A DNA stretch of 64,000 bases, taken from NCBI RefSeq assembly GCF_009914755.1, contig NC_060927.1; one strand, given 5' to 3'. Of the stretch, positions 35,041 to 56,069 are shown in pieces (within the stretch, counting starts at the first letter, position 1; each line of letters opens with the position of its first letter). The DNA comes from the human T2T-CHM13v2.0 reference genome, Homo sapiens. Both the position numbers and the translations under genes were made by a program. The notes below the pieces were generated by a model. It was not told the origin of the DNA. It saw only the letters and a program-made list of their open reading frames with translations, and searched no databases.

Positions 35041-37029
35041 TAAGGTTTTCAATTACTTTGGAAAAAAACAAAAAACAAATGAAAAACCCAAGAAATCCCA
35101 ACAAGCTAAAATAATAATAATAATAATAATTTAAATACAGACTCATCTTTTCAATTTCCTACCAAAGTAGTTAGAATTTAAGTCATCATACAGATTCTAT
35201 TTATACAATTATCCCCTTCTTCCTCAAAATATATTGGCCTGCAACTGACCTGACCCCAAAGTGTACCTAGGCTCAAACAGGACAGGTGAGGTCATATAGT
35301 GGGCTTCAACAAGATCAGATTTAGTTGCCCCCTTACCTAACAAGGCAAAATGCCATTTAAAAATATTTTTATTTCTGAATAGGTACTACAGTCCTAATTC
35401 AAAAGTTAAAACACTATAAAAAGTTATACTGTGAAAAGTCTCACCACCCCCTCTTTCACCAGAAATACTTTCTACATGTTATTTGCGTATCCTTCAGATT
35501 CTTTATGCAAATAATAGCAAATGTGAATATATATTCATATTTTCACCCTTTTCTTAGAGAAGTATCTGCATATTCTACACATTCTCTGCATCTTGCTTTT
35601 TTCACCTGACAGTCATATTCTTGAGATCTTCCTCAAGGTAGAGTTAGAGAGCTTCCTCACTCTATTTCATAACTACATAGGTATCCTGAAGTATATTTAA
35701 TCCATCCCCTACTAATGGACATTTGGGCCTTTTCATTCAGAGGCTTTCCCCAAGACATCCTGCTGGTCTGAAAGCTTTGAATGACTTAGATTGTTTCTTG
35801 TTTTTACTTAAGCAATTAAAATTAGACAGAAAAAAGAACAGTATAAGTTATGTAATTTTTTTTTATCTTTGAGAACATGCTGGATATCCTGGAAATAAAG
35901 CATTTAAATGTTAGAGACGTTGTTTTAATAGAAGAGCTTGACACTGAAATCCTATAAATACTCATTTTGGGGGGTTGCCAGAAAAGAGATGTGGTGTACC
36001 ACCTTGCGGGGTCAGAGGTACTAAACAGTGGCTATACACAGTCACATGTTTCTCCAGGGCTTTAATCTGGGCAACAGCCCCAGAGAGAAATGTTACAACT
36101 CAAGCAGAAAGAGAAAAGGAGAGACACACACACAGAGGTACAGAGATGGAAACAAATGGGGAAATAATGAATTAAATGAGGGGCTCTAGTTTTCTCAGCT
36201 CCTTTTTATGAAATGTCACAGGGGCAACCCCACCATTCTAGCTCCCATATACTACTTCAGTCTTGTCTATCTTTTTTTAAATATTAATGTATTCGTGCCT
36301 TACTAGGGCTGCTTTAATGACTATACAGAATCACTAATTGTGTATCAGGACGGAAAAAGAATCAAGAACTAATTTCTACCTCTATGCTGTGAAGGCTAAT
36401 TCCCGACATGGCCTTTGGCAATAGTTCAGAATAAAACTGCCAGCACCATCCCATACAGTGGCTACATGGAAATTCTCTATGGAAGATGTCACCAAGCCTA
36501 ACAGTCTGTAGAAAGGGCATCAGAATTCTCAAGAAAATAAAATATTTCTAAAGAAAAATATTTTTGTTATTTCCAAATACAAACATTGACTCCAACTGCT
36601 AACCAACAATTTACTGGTAGATATTCTATTGGAAGAAACTCACGAATGAGCACAGAGAGATGTGAACAAAGACAGCAACTGTAACATTATTTGTAACAGA
36701 GTGCATACAATCTAAATATTTACCAACGAGAGATGAATACATATATCATAATACAGCTGAATATAGAATATTATACAGCTCTTAAAAATGAAGTTGACAA
36801 GCATGCACTGTCATAGAAAACTCTCCAAGGTATGCTGTTACAAGAAAAGAGGTAATTACAGATTAAATTGATCCTGCTTTTAAAAAGCACAAAACCAAAC
36901 TACCTGTTATTCAATGTGTATGTGTGTAAATGCACAGAAAAAGGCTGCACCAAGCAGATTTAGTTGGTAAAAGAATACTTTTAGCTACTAACTTTTTTAT
37001 ATTTTTTTAAATTATTAAATTTTTAATAG

Positions 37030-37155
<126 letters not shown>

Positions 37156-39439
37156 TAAAATTGAGAATATATTCATGTCTTATCCTACAGGCTTTAAAAA
37201 ACGAACAATGAAAACTTCTATTAGGGTTGCCTTAATATACAAGACTTATTTTTTTTAAAGTATACTGGAACCTGCTAAGTAAAAAAAAAAAAAAAAAGAA
37301 AGAAAGAAAGAAAGAAGAAAAAACCAAGCCTCATTTTCTCCATAATTACACTAGGTATTCTTGAAATCTTATTTCTTATTCTTGAAATCTAATACAAGTA
37401 AAAGTCGTTTCTCATCCTCACTGCCACAGAACTATTAATGTATGTGGCAAACACTTCACGGTGCAAAAGTAGGAAAACTCCGCCCAATGCTGATTACCCC
37501 AAATACTAACTGAATGCATCTAAAACAATGGCATTTCCCTGTAATAGTTCAAGTAAACACTACACATAAGTTCAGTAACTGGGAATGTCCTGCTTTGTTA
37601 AGCCAGACACTTGGAGGAATAATCTCTTAAAAGCTGGACTGTCGCACCTCTGATCTCAGATCAGGATGGAAAGGAAGGAACTGAGAGCTAAAAAGAGAAA
37701 TGGAGATCACTACGGTAGAACCAACTAACCTGGAGTTCAGCCGGTCATTTGGGAGACTATCCTGAGGGATTATCTTTTGGGGTCATGAGCAATTAGGATC
37801 TCTGAGATCTGCTGACTCCTGTGGCATCATCTGGACAGTATGCCTTCTCATCAGGGTACCCAGGAGGCCTGTCCCCTCCTTCCCCGGGAGGGACTCTGGC
37901 ATGTCCTTCAAAACGCAGCTCACACATAATCCCTGCTGAGCTTTCCAGAATGTCTCCAGAAAGAACTGTTTCCTCTGCACTTTTCGGTTGTTCTGGTAGC
38001 TCACTCTTCGCCATAATTACTTATCTGCTAGTGCTGTGTCCCCTCAACCCCCGCGGTGATTTCATCAAGGACAGGTTCCTTGTTTACTATTCCACCATCT
38101 AGCACGGGGTCTCATACACAGGGGCTGAGAAGAGCACTCCTGCTGCTGGCTGCAGTCTGTTCATGATGAAGATCCTCCTGACCCCACCCAGGAAAACGAA
38201 TTGTCTATTTTTTCTTTGCCAGGAAGTCAACAGGAGAGGGAAGGAGGTGTTCGTTTCCCTCCTTCCTTTAGACAAGAAAGGAAAGTATCTGGCTCAGTCT
38301 CAAATGAGAGTATCGATCTTTCTCCCTGAAACTGTGCCCTGCTTTAAAAAAACCAAACACACAGTAACTTAGGAAAGTGATTGGTAATAGGAAAATAATT
38401 CTTTGTCCTTTAAAATAATAATTTCACAGTTCCAATATGTTAAAGATGAAACCAAGCTTCTCTAATTACAGGTAAAAGGCATTTTTCATCCTCACTCACA
38501 GAGCCACAGAACTATTACAGCCGTCTCCCAGCTGGTCCCTCCATCTTTGGCCTGCACCTCCCCCTCTCCCATCCACTCCTCACCTGGCTGCCAGTCACTT
38601 TTTCCACACACGGAGAGGGCTACTCCTGCCTTCCTTGACTCCCTGCTGCTGCCTCCTCCCCATCTCTATCTTTAAACACTCCTTCACACCAAGCCCCTCC
38701 ACCTGCAGTTCACAAGTGTGCCAGAATGAGCCTTCAACTCCCTCAGCTCACCCTCAAACAGAAGTAAAAAGAGCAGCAGGAACATGTCTTTATTTCACCT
38801 TCATTTTAACTGGAAGCAGAATAAGACCTGAAGTCAAGCGAAGGGTGCTCTTTAATACAAATATATAGGCTCTTTCCCTGTGGCTTTCGGATTCAGGAAG
38901 TTAGAACTTCCCACTCTCAAATTCAAGTAAACTAAGTGTGTGGGAAAGGGCCACCTACCAGGAAACGAGTAATGCAGCCCTGGAGCCACCCTGCTTTGCT
39001 AGGGAACTGGCTACCTTCACCGATTCTGGACTCTGGTCAATTGATTATAGCACACATGTGTGGACTATCAAACTGTAAAGAACTACAGAATAAAATATAT
39101 GTAATCCCAGCTCATCTAACTAATTTATAGTTGACGGGTTCCAAGGACTTTCAACATATAAATGCCTCAGCATACATTTTATAATCTGTTATATTTATAA
39201 TACGTTATCTTTGGCTGTAGATACCCAGAGGTAACAGAAGGTTCCAACTGAGTGAATTTCAGATAAGCTAGATGTCCATTGTTATGAATTTCAAGGGCCT
39301 GGCAGAAATTATTTAGTTACGGTAGAATTTGTTGCTTAAAGTAAGGAGGCAATCAGCTGGGGAAATAAAATCATATTTAACTATTGAGGAACCTCGTGAA
39401 ACTGAAGAACCATTTCATCTGTATTATTAAAAAAAAAAG

Positions 39440-43513
<4,074 letters not shown>

Positions 43514-46274
43514 AAGAGCCTACTTTTACTGGAATAGTGGTGAATAGCTCAACTATGTGAACTGAAGGAAGACTAAAAATCTATATAATTATTCCAAGAA
43601 ACATGATAATTTTTTGGGAGGAGGGGGTCAAGGACCTCTTTCGGAAATCAAACAAAAACAAAAACCCTAACACAAAAAAATGGTGATTATCCTTATCAAG
43701 GTTTGTATACAATTCCCTACGATAATACCATCTCTCCCTTCCACCATCCCTCTCCTCAACTCATTCTGTGCAATGTAGAGAAAGAAACGTAGTTTTAGCT
43801 CAAGTTTTACTAGAACTTCTCCAAGGGCTTCGCTGAACACTATCTTTTCCCCGTTTCTCAATTTATTTTATTTGATGAAGTCTAATGTTTCTGAGGTAAA
43901 CCCAAAACATTCTTCACAGCGTGTTTGGCATGAAGGTTTTCCCAAATCACCATTACTACTGACATTCATGGATGCTAAGTATCTCATTTAAGCCTTACCC
44001 TTTTGAACTAGGTGTTGTTATTCCCATTTTTCAGAGAAATACACTGAGGAGCTGATGAGTCCCTTGTCTGAGTCTCACAGTTAGGGATCATGGTTAGGGA
44101 GTGATATTTTTGACTTGTGGTCTCTATATATTTAAAGTTTTGCTCTTCAAATGTCACTGGAATTATTAATTCACCAAAAACAAAATTTACATTTCAGGCA
44201 TGTATTTTAGTTCAATGAATTTTGGTCAAGATGTCCCCCTCCACTGGCAAACCTTAAGAAAACGTGCCTTCGGAAGGATGTCCAGCTTTTCCTTCTCAGC
44301 ATCAACCGCAACGTAGAGTCACTGACCAAAAACATCTCCAGGAAGGGTTATTTTGGAAACTTCACTGTGATAGCTCACTCTTTGCTCCTCAAAAGGATTT
44401 ACTTAAATATAAATGCCCTTTAGAGGGGTGATAAAGGTATTAACTGTAAACTCCTTCATGAATTAGCCGACTTCTGGTTGATGGTCAGGCTCCCCTGGCG
44501 CACGGCGGGGTGCAGCACATACATGGAAGGGCCTGAGGGTGGAATGGTGACACAAGAAATATCTGCTTATCCCTGGCTCCAATCAGGGCAGTGCCCAGCC
44601 TCATGGGGCCAGATCAAGTTTGAGAACCTTCCTCAAAGCATGGATTGCTCTACAGGGAAGGGCAGAGTGAATCCCAGACAGCTAGACAAAGTCCTCAGAA
44701 GAGCAAGAACATTCACGTGTGCTTGAGTACAAACATGCATTTGGATTCAGGAAGGTGAGACTTTGAGATGTAAGGCTGAGTTGTTATGAGCCAAACATCT
44801 GCATGCCTGCTTTCAGTTTTTCAAGGTCTAAACAGAGTAAAAACCAAAAGCATTTTCCTTAATGTTTTAATTCTGCTGTGATGAAGATTCCGGTTAACGA
44901 AACCAAATTGTGTTTTTAGAGAAGTGATTAGTCACCCTTACATGGTCCTCAACTCATTATCTGTAATTAAGACTAACGAGGGTAAAAACAAATATTTACA
45001 CATCATCATTTGAGCTCAGATAAATAACATGTACAAACATGATACAACACAAGTTATAATCCAAGTATATAAATGTTTGCTTTGTGTGGCACATGGTAAA
45101 TACAAAACCATCTTTGTAAAGGCCAAGAGGGTCACATGCCCAAACACCAACTGTGCCATCCTTTCAGCATCTTGTCAATTAGTTTCCAAAAAATTGTTCT
45201 CTTTGGTTCTCCAAACAGCACTTGAATCTGTCCCTTTCCTTCCTCCCCTACTACCTGTGTCTGTTTTTTCCTTCCTCTTCAGCCCAAGCAGTGTCTGGAG
45301 CACAGCATGTGCGCAGCAATCAGCAAGCTCCCCAGGGGCACTTGCTGCTGGGCGCTGGCTTCTTTTTCCTGGCCCACTCCATCCCACATTCTGTCTTTCG
45401 ACTGTAAGAGGAACACGTGCTTACTAAAGACACTGGTCTTCAAACAAGCCAATTTCTTTCATTTCCAGTTTATGAGTGTTAAAGTGACAGCAGTTTACTT
45501 CTGAAAAGAAGAAACTATTCCCACCAGTTATAACAGATGTTGATCTTATTCATGATCGTCATGGTGATGAAGGAAAATTAAATTCATCTATAATATAGCC
45601 CTAAATCTACCAAGAGAGCAGGAAACACAGGAGAGGGTTGGCCAAATCACTTGCTCCTCCCTCAAAGAGGAACTCCTCCCTCTTTCCATGTAAATCAAAG
45701 AGTATCTCCCATTTCACACAAGAGAGCACCATCTCACCTAACTGAGGGTCAGGTGGAATGAACAATCCAAACCCCCTCTACCCAAATTTTTCGACTGGAG
45801 GTTAACAGACATTTCACCTGGATTCTGGAGAATGGGATGATCTCTAAGATTAAACTAAAAGCTTTTCCAAATTCATTCAATAAATGTTTACTAAGGACCC
45901 ATTATAGGCTAAGCACTTATGTTAGGTGTTGGGGTACAGTAGTGAACAGAACAAAAATAGGACAATATTGATCTCAGCAATTCTGAGAACTTAATTTCAA
46001 TAAAACAATAAAATTAGAGTTGGTTACTCAATCCAACTCCTTGCCTTTTCCTAGCTCGTAGTTTTAGATTTTTTTTTTTTTTTTTTTTTTTTTGCTAAAA
46101 GTGAACCTAATATCTTTAAATGCCTATTTCTGCACAGTACCTTTATAATGTAATAGCAGCTAGGAAATGGTATCATAGAGTCACTGTTTCCACAGACTGT
46201 GGGCAAGTTAAAGATGGGGTAGGTATTGTGTGCATAACAGCATGGGACACCTCCATTGCCCCAGAAGGGTGTCA

Positions 46275-46733
<459 letters not shown>

Positions 46734-48988
46734 TTACGCTATAGGAAAAGTTATTTATCAACAAGGTGAGGGTAGCCAGAAAAATAGCTTCTTACATAAT
46801 ACCAATAAAAAAAAAAACCACTTCGTAGGATACAGTGAAAAACAAATCAGTGAACATCATCATAAAATGCTGAAGAATATTATTAGCTCTCAAACCTAAT
46901 GTCACGTGATTTAAATACAATAAAAACTACTTTTTAAAACCTTGAATAGCCAACTTTAAAAACAGATGAACAAACTAGGGAAAAGGAGCATATAAATTAT
47001 TCTTATTATTAAAAGAACTTATCATCTTATCAAGGATTCATCTGAGGATCCCTTTGAATCAGTTCTGTAAAGGGGGAAAATTAGGGCAGAGATAACTTTA
47101 AATATGCAAATTTGATTTATAACCAATTTTGGGAGACTAGACTTTTGCACAAATAATTGTTCCAGTGGTGCTGATAGAAATCCAAGATTTCTGACCTGTA
47201 TCTTTCCTGAACTATGCAAATCCTATTCCTATCCCTGCACACCCACAGCTTCTAGGCTAGTGACATGTGCACCGCAGTCTCTCAGTGAACCTGATGAATG
47301 AATGAACATGACAGGGTTAACATCTCTGGTGCTTAAACACAGAATTCCTTCCAGCGGCTGATTCACACTATCTTCTGAGTTCTGTGTCCTACAAAGACAA
47401 TGAACAGCATCTGTCTCGGTTCCTGAGTTTTCATCACTTCCTGAGTTTTCATCGCTTCCTCTCAAGACAGCACCATTAGCTGAGCAGGCTCCAGCAGGAC
47501 CCACCAGCAGAGAGGTGCACATGGGAGTCAATACCTGAAGTGAATAACGGTGAACGACCTACCTGGCTCAGCAGGTGGCCACAGGCAGTCCCCGCTACCA
47601 CAGCTTCAAATTCCTTTTCCTACCTCTTTTTCCTTCCCTGGACGCAGCCCAGGAGTGCCTCCTACTTTCAGGACCTTTCCTTGCCTAGAGCCTTGTCCTT
47701 AGCAGCATGATTGAGAGAAGGAAGAGAGCTGAGTAGGTGCCCTCTCCTTTGCTGTTCACAGGGTCCCAGTCACCATGGTAGATAAGCTCCTGCCCTCTCC
47801 TCTCACTTGGCTTTCATCAAGCCCCAGGATTATGAGAAAGTACTCCACAAACTGCAAACTCTACAAACACCAAACTCCCCTTTCCCAGCTTTGGTCCTGA
47901 TGTGCTCAGGAGAGTTGGTGCCTGGTTTTCCCATGAAATGTGAATGAATCTGGCAACTAATTAGAAGGCATGACCTGGAGCCAGCACTGAATCAGGAGAG
48001 AAACTATTAAAGTTATACAGAGTCACCTGTAGATTCAGCTAAAGACCTAGTTCAGGATGGTTTCAGAAGCTGAGAAGTGCAACTGTCAAACCAACAGATT
48101 ATGCTTATTTTTTATTTAATAGCACCCTGATTACCATACTTACTAAGAATACCTTTTTTCCTTGGTGTGAAATGTAAAATTTGCAATAATCAATCATAAA
48201 TACTTATGAAAATGCAAACATTTTTATTTACTAGTGTCTATAAGCAAAGAAAAAGCCTTGATTTCCTAGGGAACAATGACGTAAGAAAAAATACAAATTT
48301 TAAATATATTCCCTAGATTTTCTAACACCATAATTCTCCCCACTCCTAATAAAACATTTTATTGTTACCAAAGGCTGCCATTATTCCAACACAATAGAGA
48401 AGCAGAGTGAGAGATATGCCAAGTGGGAACTGGAGATACGAATTTGAATCCCAGCTCTACCACGATGCTGAGTCAGTCATTCAACCTCTCTAATGCCTCA
48501 GCCATGAGACAGAGAAGATTCTTTCTAAATCTATGATTTACCTCATTTTGACAGCAAAACAGAACTGTTGCAAGGAGAAGGTAAGGAGCAGAAAGAAGAG
48601 GTATCCCACATGGACCTTAGGCTACAAATAGATGCTGAATTTTGGAAAAAAAAAAACAATAATCTCAACAAATCTTGAATTTTGTTTGGGTCACAATTTT
48701 TAACATCCCAATAAATAAGTTAGGTGACAAACTCCACTGTATTTTATAATTGGATGGCTTACAAATCAAAAAACAATGGGTTTGTGACTCTACTTGTGTC
48801 ATGACCCTACAGCCTCCATTTACCCATTTCTTCCCTCTCCTAAAACAGGAAGCTTTACGCTTACACTTTCATTACTGCCAGGATACTCTTGTACAATATC
48901 TGGTGTCCAGATTTTGAAAGTATAAGGTTATTTCATGAAATTTACTATGAACAGAATAGAGGGTGTTGCATAGCCTGCCCTACAGATA

Positions 48989-48991
<3 letters not shown>

Positions 48992-49022
<31 letters not shown>

Positions 49023-49048
49023 AGAGACATATATGTGTGTGTGTGTGT
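48992..49048. repeat. Interrupted (TG)n microsatellite
   Basis: Two TG runs separated by caagagacatata. Confidence 0.95.
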
Positions 49049-49345
49049 CTTGGTGTAATACTGTGAATGAGAAGACCAGAACTGCACCCAAGGAACTGTA
49101 CCACTGTCATAAACCACCAGGTCAAAGTTCACATTTTCACTGCATAGAAACAGAACTCTGGCCCATAACTCAGATGTTGGTTAATTAGTAATATAGGGAT
49201 ACTCCACTTGTTATTGCGACTTTGATCTAAACAGCTCTGTAAAGCCCATTTTCACATTTTTAAAATAATATGCTTTAGCAGCAGGTGAGGAAAACTTAAG
49301 GCATGGCACATTTATTGGAAAAGCAGCAGTGGGCGGCTTGGTTTA

Positions 49346-49406
49346 ATGGCAACACCACTAGATAACTGTCTAAGGCCCTTTCCAGATCCAATGGTCAAGG
49401 TAACAG
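49346..49406 (+). CDS. Putative antisense ORF, part 1: MATPLDNCLRPFPDPMVKVT(A); translation doubtful
   Basis: ATG at 49346 stays open to the GT donor at 49407, phase 1. Confidence 0.35.
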
Positions 49407-51483
49407 GTAAGTAAGATAGACTCCAAAGGCAGGGGTTTGAGGGGAGTGGGGAGTGCTGGTGAGACATCAGAATGAAAATTGTTTATTTCACATGGAGCTC
49501 TTTCTCGTTATTTTTAACATTGCGATTCTGTGGATCTCAGCAAATCTGAACAGCTATATCTACCACTCAACTGGTATATTTGAAATAAATTTATATTTTA
49601 GAAGTAAGTGCTACATACTCTTTTTCATTTTCTTTTGAGATGGACTCCTGCTCTGTTGCCCAGGCTGGAGTGCAGTGGCGCAATCTCAGCTCACTGAAAC
49701 CTCCACCTCCTGGGTTCAAGTGATTCTCCTGCCTCAGCCTCCTGAGTAGCTGGGATTACAGGCACCCACCACCACACCCGGCTAATTTTTGTGTTTTTAG
49801 TAGAGATGGGGTTTCACCATGTTGGCCAGGCTGGTCTTGAACTCCTGACCTCAGGTGATCCGCCCATCTTGGCCTCCCAAAGTGCTGGGATTACAGGCGT
49901 GAGCCACCACGTCTAGCCCAAGTACTGTATATTCTTTGCACAAAATTCAAAATGTACCAAAGAATAGAATAGAAAAATTCTCTCTTCTACATCTATACTT
50001 CAGTCCTCCAGGTCCCATTACTCATTTTTTAAAAATCCTTCCCGTGTAGTCTATACATAAGCATATATGAATACATTCCTTTTTTTTTTTACCCAAACAC
50101 AAACATTAATGCTCTGTATATGCATTTTTTCACTTAGTATAGGGTAGTATTATTCTTTTTGACAGCTGTATAATATTCAGTTTTATGAATGTACCATAAT
50201 TAAACTGGTCTTCTACTGATGGACACAAGATGTTTCTAATCTTTTGCTGTTTCCAAAAAGTAAGTAAATGCTGCAATGAATATCTATTCATCTATCATCT
50301 AGCTATCCATCCATCCATCCATCTCACTTTGCACGTGTGAGCATATCTTGGAAGATAAACTCCTAGAAGTGAAATCCTAAAAGTGGAACAGTTATTGGGC
50401 TGTGCATTTGTAACATCAACACACAGTGCAATGCTGATTTCCCCATGTATCTGAAACATGGGAGCTGAAAACATGGAGCTATCAAACTTTTGATTTCTGC
50501 CCATCCATAGGTGAAAAATACTATCTTGTTTGCATTTTAATTACAAATGAGGGTGATCATTTTTCATATATTAAAGAACCTATGGTTAGGTGCAGTGGCT
50601 CACACCTCTAATCCCAGCACTTTGGGAGGCCAAGTCGAGAGGATTGCTTGAGCCCAGAAGTTTGAGCCCAGCCTAGGCAACGTAGCAAGACTCCATCCCT
50701 ATCAAAAAGCAAAGCAACCAACCTATCCCATCCCATTCACTCTGGGAAACTTCACAGAATTCTTCCTTGCTTTTTCTCAGTATTCAGGCAGGTGACTATT
50801 GGCTTTCTTAATTTCATTTCACTTATTCCACAGACCCTTACCAAGCATTTACTATGTTAGATACCAGAAAGACAGCATGAACCACCTGCTCCCAACCAGG
50901 AGGCTAGTGGGCAGGGAGTGCACCTCACATGCCGCACTGCCAAGGGACAAGCCTGCACCATGATGGAGGGTGCCTGAGGGGCAAGACAGACAGGAGGGGA
51001 AACCTGGCAAGGAACCAGGGGGAGGCAACACCTTAGCAACGCTCTGAGGAATGGAAGGCAGAATACGCCAATGGGAAAAGTGAGAGCATAGAGGGGTCGG
51101 GAAAGATATTCTAAGGGAATGAGGCACACAAAGGCATGGCAGCCAGAACAGGAATTTGAGGAATCTCAAGTCCTCTGATTTGAGAGGAGCAGAGAATGCT
51201 TCCAAGGAAAGGCAAGAGAGCAGGCTGGACAGGCTGGCAAGAACCCATGGCAAAGACTTCCTATTTCCTGAGTTAAACCACGAGGGTGATAAACCTTTCA
51301 CCAAGACTCAGACACGAATCATCACGCCCCACACAGAGTCAGTACACGCCAGGTAAACACCGGGAGGCAGGTAAGCACAGCCAGCAGCACTAACTTTCTT
51401 CTCAGAAGATATTTTCTTCTTATTGACTTTTCATCCTCAGAAAAGAGAACTCTACAGCTCTGAAATGTGCGGTGCAAGTGTAA

Positions 51484-51939
<456 letters not shown>

Positions 51940-52358
51940 TAAAAGCATCTCCACAATTACTATTCTAATACTCTTCTGTTTTTAACAGGTATTTAGCACA
52001 CTTCTTGAAAGCATAACAAATAGATCCATTAAATATATTAGGAATGTTTTAGGTTAGTAGAGGGTATGATTGAATAACATGATTAAAAAAAAAAACACCA
52101 GAACTTTTATTTTTTTAGTACACACGAATAAGGCCTCCATCAAAGTAATGCTCTTAGAAAAGTATTTACTTATTCCGACAATGATTCCTCTGCCCAGCAT
52201 ATTTTTGGAATTCTTTTAATGATATTTTCTGCAGCATTTATCCAATAAACACTGACGTAACTGATTTGCCTTTTGGTCTACAATACAATCTTATAAATAT
52301 GCTCTGTGTTAAAACAGAATATCCCTCTTTTCTTTCCCCTCCCTCTTTCCATATTCAG

Positions 52359-52729
52359 CAGAAACAAAGAAAATCTCAGAGGTCTCTTCTTATGTCTCTG
52401 CTAACAATAAAAAGAACAGCTTTTGGGGAAGTGGGCTGCTTTATCCTGTAGCCCTCCTCAGATGCCAAGACTGCTGGGCTGGCCACCAGACTCACGTCCT
52501 CAGTAAGGAATTTACCTCCTACTTTTCTTCGGGGGCAGGTAGGGAAGCACAGCACCAGCCCTCAGCTGTCTTGGGCTCCCTGATCTGGTTAAGGAGAGTG
52601 TATTTACTCAGGGCCATGGTGGTGCATGGAGGAAGCCAACCCTGTCAGCGCTGGCTGGTCATCAGAATGGAAGTGGGAGGACATCCTTCATTTCCAGGTC
52701 ATGCCTGGTTAACATTTCACCTTAACTGA
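52359..52729 (+). CDS. Putative antisense ORF, part 2: (A)ETKKISEVSSYVSANN...HAWLTFHLN*; total 143 codons
   Basis: 371 nt open in phase with part 1, ending at TGA 52727-52729. No recognisable domain. Confidence 0.35.
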
Positions 52730-54005
52730 GGGGCCAAAGAGAGGCTACGCAGCCTGGATCAGAGCTCCGACAGCCCTTACCTGGTGGCTTGTTCGTGGAA
52801 TTTATCACATCCTGTTGTAACGCTCTGTTTACATCTCTGCTGCCCAGCCAGACTCCGCCTTCTGTGATTTTCTCATCCCACCACCCAGTACTGTACATGC
52901 TCAATGGATGACTATAAACAAGTGAACAGACAGCAGGAGTGGCTGCCCTTATGCCCATGGAACTGGGCCTCTCAATTCAGCTCATGTTGGTCATTTCAGA
53001 TCATCTGAATGTAAAGGGTCCTCTCTGTCTCTGACCAGGCTTCTTGCAGGCCTTTGGCAGCCGTGGAGCTCTGAGAGAGACTGGTTTCCTGAGGGCTGGG
53101 CACCCCGGTCTATTTATTGGGAGGCCACAAACAGAAAGAGTGGGCATCAGGACCAACGGGCACATGGCCACCACCCAGATACGTGACTCTGGCATGTATT
53201 TCACTTCTCTGGGGCCAGATGGCCTCTTCCTAAGATTCTCCTCAGTGCTGAGAGTTCTTCAGTCCTGCCTGCTGACTTCCCTCCAGGACAGAACAGATGC
53301 CTCTTCCTCCCATAGATATGATGCAAGAACTGAGCTGTCCAAGCAAAAAAAAACCTTTGAAGGAAGAATTTCTGTGCTGTGAGTGGTTTACTCTGAGAAT
53401 AGGACTCAAGTTTTAGAAATCTTTGTTCAATGTCAGAGATAGAGCGACTGTAATCTGTGAGCCAAGAAAAAAGGTTTGTAAAGGCTAGAAGAAAAGAAGC
53501 CCATGGCTAAGAACTTGTAAAAACATCTACAGCAAACAAGAGTTCCAAGAGAAAGACTGTGAAACAGCAGGCCCACAGGAGCTGGAGAGCGAGCTTTGAA
53601 ACGATACAAAATTAATTGTCTAAGGGGCAAATAAATGGTGCAGTACACAAATGCAGGAGGTGACACAAACGCACCTGGATTCAACAGAGGACAAGTAGAC
53701 ACATCTATGTCCCAGGCTGCACTAATGAGGAAAGTCCACCAGGTGGGAAGTAGGTACCACTGAGAGTTTATAAGGCTAAAAACCCCAGTCTTGGGATGCG
53801 GAGAAGGAGGGAAGGAAGTGAGAATGAACAGGAATGGCATATTCTGTTCACTTCACTGACAGCTTTGCACTGTGCATTCCCAGCTGGGCATGTCCCAGAC
53901 ATGATCTCTTGCATGGGCTGTACTAACGAACATCAAATATTCAGGCTGGCAACCAGTTACATGAACCGGTGTCAGGAGTGCACATTAATAGGCATCTGAC
54001 TAGGG

Positions 54006-54222
54006 CAGGGCTGGGCAAACTACGGCCCCTGCGCTACATCCAGCCTAAAGCCTGTTTCTGTAAATAAAGTTTTATCAAAACACCCAATTTGTTTCCCTAT
54101 TGTACACAGCTTTTTTCATGCTGCATTGGCAGCGCTGGGTAGTTGTGACACAAACCATATGGGCCACAGGGCCTAATATATCTGTAATCTGGCCCTGTAC
54201 AGAAAAAATGTGCTGAACCTTG
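54006..54222 (-). mobile_element. MER58A (hAT-Charlie)
   Basis: cagggctgggcaaactacggccc...gtaaataaagttttat...tacagaaaaaatgtgctgaacctt. Confidence 0.85.
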
Positions 54223-55391
54223 GACTAGTGGGGCAGATAGTGAAGCTGAGAAGATTAAGACCAAGGGAGTAGTGGGATGTGGTTCCAGGGCTAAAGCAGT
54301 AACTCTATCAGAAAGCAAGTCAGGCTCGGGGGCGGTGGCTCGCGCCTGTAATTCCAGCACTTTGGGAGGCCGAGGCGGGCAGATCACGAGGTCAGGAGAT
54401 TGAGACCATCGTGGCTAACATAGTGAAATCCTCTCTACTAAAAATACAAAAAATTAGCCAGGCGTGGTGGCACGTGCCTATGGTCTCAGCTACTCAGGAG
54501 GCTGAGGCAGGAGAATCGCTTGAACCCAGGAGGTGGAGGTTGTGGTGAGCTGAGATCACACCACCGCACTCCAGCCTGGACAACAGAGCGAGACTCTGTC
54601 TCAAAAAAAAAAAAAAAAAAAAAAAAAGAAAGTCAGAAACTCCCTCCTGGAACTGGCAGATGGGTAGGGTTAAATCTGAGTGGAAAATGGAAGCAGGGAA
54701 GAGCAAAGCCACGATCAAAACCTGAGAAACTGAGAGGATGAACACAGCGCAGAAGTGACACCAAGGTAAGATCCTGTATCTTTTGGAGTCAAGAACCACC
54801 ATTTTGATGGGCTATTCTGGGCTTCCCAGACCTTCCCAAGAAGCTGCTCCTTACAGCTTACAGGACCACATTCTTGGGAAGCCACAGACCCAAATCATGC
54901 CTTGCCAGGTGTTATTCAGTGTGGACCGCGGTAGGACTATGATGGTCAGAGATGACCTTGGGTGGGGAGAGGAAGCAGACAGAGGAAGAAACAGACTGTG
55001 TTTGGACAAGAGAAAATAGGGTACATCTAATGGAGAGACAGATGAATACTAAGTGGGGATAACTGCAGAGGCCTTATTTAATAAGGTGAAGAGTTTGCAC
55101 TGATACAGTAGGCTATGGGAGATCACTGCAGGGATTTGCACAGGGCAGTCATTTGTGATTCCAGTTATTTGTGAGATAAGGATAGTGGGGCATGACAAAG
55201 CTCTACAAAACTGTAAGACACTGCATATCTTTGATGAACAGTAGTATGAAAGACAAAACAGATTGGATTTGCTAGAATAAAGGTGCTAACAAGATGGCTG
55301 TCACTAGCAATCTGCTGCAGCAACAGGCTCAAACACCCCTACGCAGAGCTCTTCCTTCATGTGCTTCATCTTATTTGCATGAACATTCCTA

Positions 55392-56069
<678 letters not shown>

